Source: Promethearchaeota archaeon (lineage in GTDB: Archaea; Asgardarchaeota; Hermodarchaeia; Hermodarchaeales; Hermodarchaeaceae). Taken from it: a DNA stretch of 8,335 bases. Of the stretch, positions 6,709-8,335 are shown in pieces (the first letter of the stretch is position 1; every line of letters starts with the position of its first letter). The position numbers and the translations under genes were made by a program. The notes beneath the pieces were generated by a model. It worked only from the letters and a program-made list of their open reading frames with translations. It had not been told where the DNA came from and ran no database searches. The stretch spans positions 1 to 8,335 of the forward strand of contig JBHLMI010000049.1 in assembly GCA_048938295.1 (NCBI GenBank), in the 5' to 3' direction.

Positions 6709-8335
6709 CTAGCCTCCAGTACTCGCTTTGATATTTGCAACCGCTTTTCGAGCAAAGGCAGCAAACTCCTTTGCATCGCGTCCGATTAACTGTGCAACTT
6801 GAACTTTGTTTGGATTCAGACCTGATTGGGCGAGAAGATTTCGGACGACCTGAGCCCGGCTGTTTGCCATTCGAGCTCCACGTCCATAATGACAGAGTTT
6901 TGAATCACACGCAAAAAGAATCACACCATCAGCACCAGCTTCAATCGTCTGAAGAAGTTTAGGTGCGGATATACTGCCTGTACATGGAACTTCAAGAATG
7001 TGTAGATCAGCAGGATAGTGAAGGCGTTCCTCACCTGCTTCATCAATAGCGCGGTAAACACATTCATTACAAGCGAATCCGACGATTAGGTTCTCGGTTC
7101 CTTCAACACTATTACTTAACAAACCCTGGAGCGCAGAATCAATCACTGTGGGATTCGTATTAAGTGGTCCAATAGCCCCCACAGGACAAATCGCCATGCA
7201 TTCGCCACACGCTTGACAGCGAACTTCATCTACAACAACACAATTCCCTTTAGCATCTAGGGATATCGCTTGGGAAGGACAGGCAGAAATGCAAAGCCCA
7301 CATCCATTACAAAGATCTTTATTCACAACAGCAGTATCCAAAGCCTTGGTCATCGATTGTGTAGCCAGCCATACCGATGCCTGCTCTGCCGCCGCACCAG
7401 CGAGCTCCACCGATTCCGGAATATCCTTGGGGCCGTGACACGTGCCTGCAAGATAAACGCCATTAACATCGGTTCGCGCTAATGCTACTTTTTCATCCAA
7501 GGCTTTAAAGAACCCGAGTGAACCTATAGGTACACCGAACATCTTAGCAAGTTCTTTGGTTCCCGGTGAAGGAGTCATTGCACAGGAGAGGACCACTAAA
7601 TCAGCTTCAATGGATTTCATTACACCATCCGGATCAGAGTATTTTACGACGGGTCTATCATTGGCACGACTAATTTCGACAGTATCACCACGGTAAACAA
7701 CTTTGATATTATATTCTTCACAGGCACGCACATAGAATTCATCAAAGCCCTTTCCACCGGCCCGGATATCCCGCGCTACAATGGTGATGTCAATATTCGG
7801 ATCATATTCAAGTTTTGCCAGTTCAGCATGCTTAATCGCAGCCATACAACAATAGGCTGAACATTGCCAGCTAAACCGCTCATCACGACTCCCCACACAT
7901 TGTATCATCACAATATTCTCAGGCTTACGACCATCGGAGGGCACCTCCAATTTCCCACCAAAGGGCCCAACGGAGTCCATCATTCGAATAAACTGCATTT
8001 GCGTAATTACATCCGGGTTCTCCGCATAATGCAACTCTGGAACCACGGAGGGATCAAATTCCTTGAATCCCGTGGCAAGAATCACGCTGCCCACCTGCAC
8101 TTGAACTGTCTCATCCTTCATCTCATAATCAATAGCATTCGCCGGACAGATCTTTTCACACACTCCGCATTTATCGGTGGTCAGCTTCTTACAATGTGCA
8201 GCATCAATTGTAACCTTCCGTGGCACACTCTGAGAAAACGGCATATAGATGGCTTTCCGCTTCGCTATCCCCCACGACCAATCATCGTCAACTTTGGTCG
8301 GACATTTCTCGATACACTGCATGCATCCTGTGCAC
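6709..8335 (-). CDS. hdrA: HdrA-MvhD fusion protein (QmoB-like architecture), 5'-truncated by the window edge
   Basis: The frame is open to the edge (CTGC precedes MQCIEKCP, completing a CxxCxxCxxxCP motif), so the M at 8322 is internal. It contains ATGFKEFDP, QCVGSRD...CSAYCC, LAGTCHGPKDI and two C-terminal ferredoxin motifs, then an MvhD domain (~7095-6712: FACNEC, VPCTGS, GADGV, CDSKLCHYGRG). Confidence 0.93.
   Translation of the reverse strand, partial: CTGCMQCIEKCPTKVDDDWSWGIAKRKAIYMPFSQSVPRKVTIDAAHCKKLTTDKCGVCEKICPANAIDYEMKDETVQVQVGSVILATGFKEFDPSVVPELHYAENPDVITQMQFIRMMDSVGPFGGKLEVPSDGRKPENIVMIQCVGSRDERFSWQCSAYCCMAAIKHAELAKLEYDPNIDITIVARDIRAGGKGFDEFYVRACEEYNIKVVYRGDTVEISRANDRPVVKYSDPDGVMKSIEADLVVLSCAMTPSPGTKELAKMFGVPIGSLGFFKALDEKVALARTDVNGVYLAGTCHGPKDIPESVELAGAAAEQASVWLATQSMTKALDTAVVNKDLCNGCGLCISACPSQAISLDAKGNCVVVDEVRCQACGECMAICPVGAIGPLNTNPTVIDSALQGLLSNSVEGTENLIVGFACNECVYRAIDEAGEERLHYPADLHILEVPCTGSISAPKLLQTIEAGADGVILFACDSKLCHYGRGARMANSRAQVVRNLLAQSGLNPNKVQVAQLIGRDAKEFAAFARKAVANIKASTGG

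Noticed and set aside
6705-6776. 24-aa N-terminal extension of the 686-aa hdrA ORF call
   Set aside because: It overlaps the end of the upstream fusion gene. The GGAGG SD supports ATG 6704.
2073-7482. Many antisense or alternate-frame ORFs within the operon (e.g. 2073..2372, 2442..2825, 3058..3456, 4758..5141, 5565..5861, 6735..6962)
   Set aside because: Shadow ORFs fully overlapping well-supported genes, with no recognisable motifs.
1998-8335. Selenocysteine recoding in hdrA/mvhD/mvhA, known from some Asgard archaea and Methanococcales
   Set aside because: No in-frame TGA interrupts any gene, and all metal-ligand positions are Cys codons. The terminal TGAs are ATGA overlaps whose same-frame readthrough is short or meaningless.
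1-8335. CRISPR arrays, tRNA/rRNA genes, IS elements
   Set aside because: No regularly spaced repeats, cloverleaf or rRNA signatures, transposase motifs or terminal inverted repeats were seen.

Overview
Archaeal DNA, most likely Asgardarchaeota (inferred from a longin-domain gene and archaeal-type SD/TATA signals). The right 6.3 kb is the 3' part of a minus-strand, translationally coupled operon: hdrA-mvhD fusion (5'-truncated by the window edge), a second complete hdrA, mvhD, mvhG and mvhA. It encodes a heterodisulfide reductase A / F420-non-reducing [NiFe]-hydrogenase module, with no hdrB/hdrC or maturation protease gene in view. Both HdrA proteins keep the flavin-contacting Lys but have lost its conserved Glu partner. 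The hydrogenase large subunit mixes group 3c context with group 3b-like motifs. The left 2 kb holds a conserved helical hypothetical protein (- strand, with a terminator hairpin) and a divergently transcribed longin + Ig-like beta-sandwich protein, a candidate eukaryotic-signature trafficking protein. It also holds a possible Cys-rich microprotein and a possible gene start at the left edge. All family assignments come from motif recognition by eye; no database searches were run.
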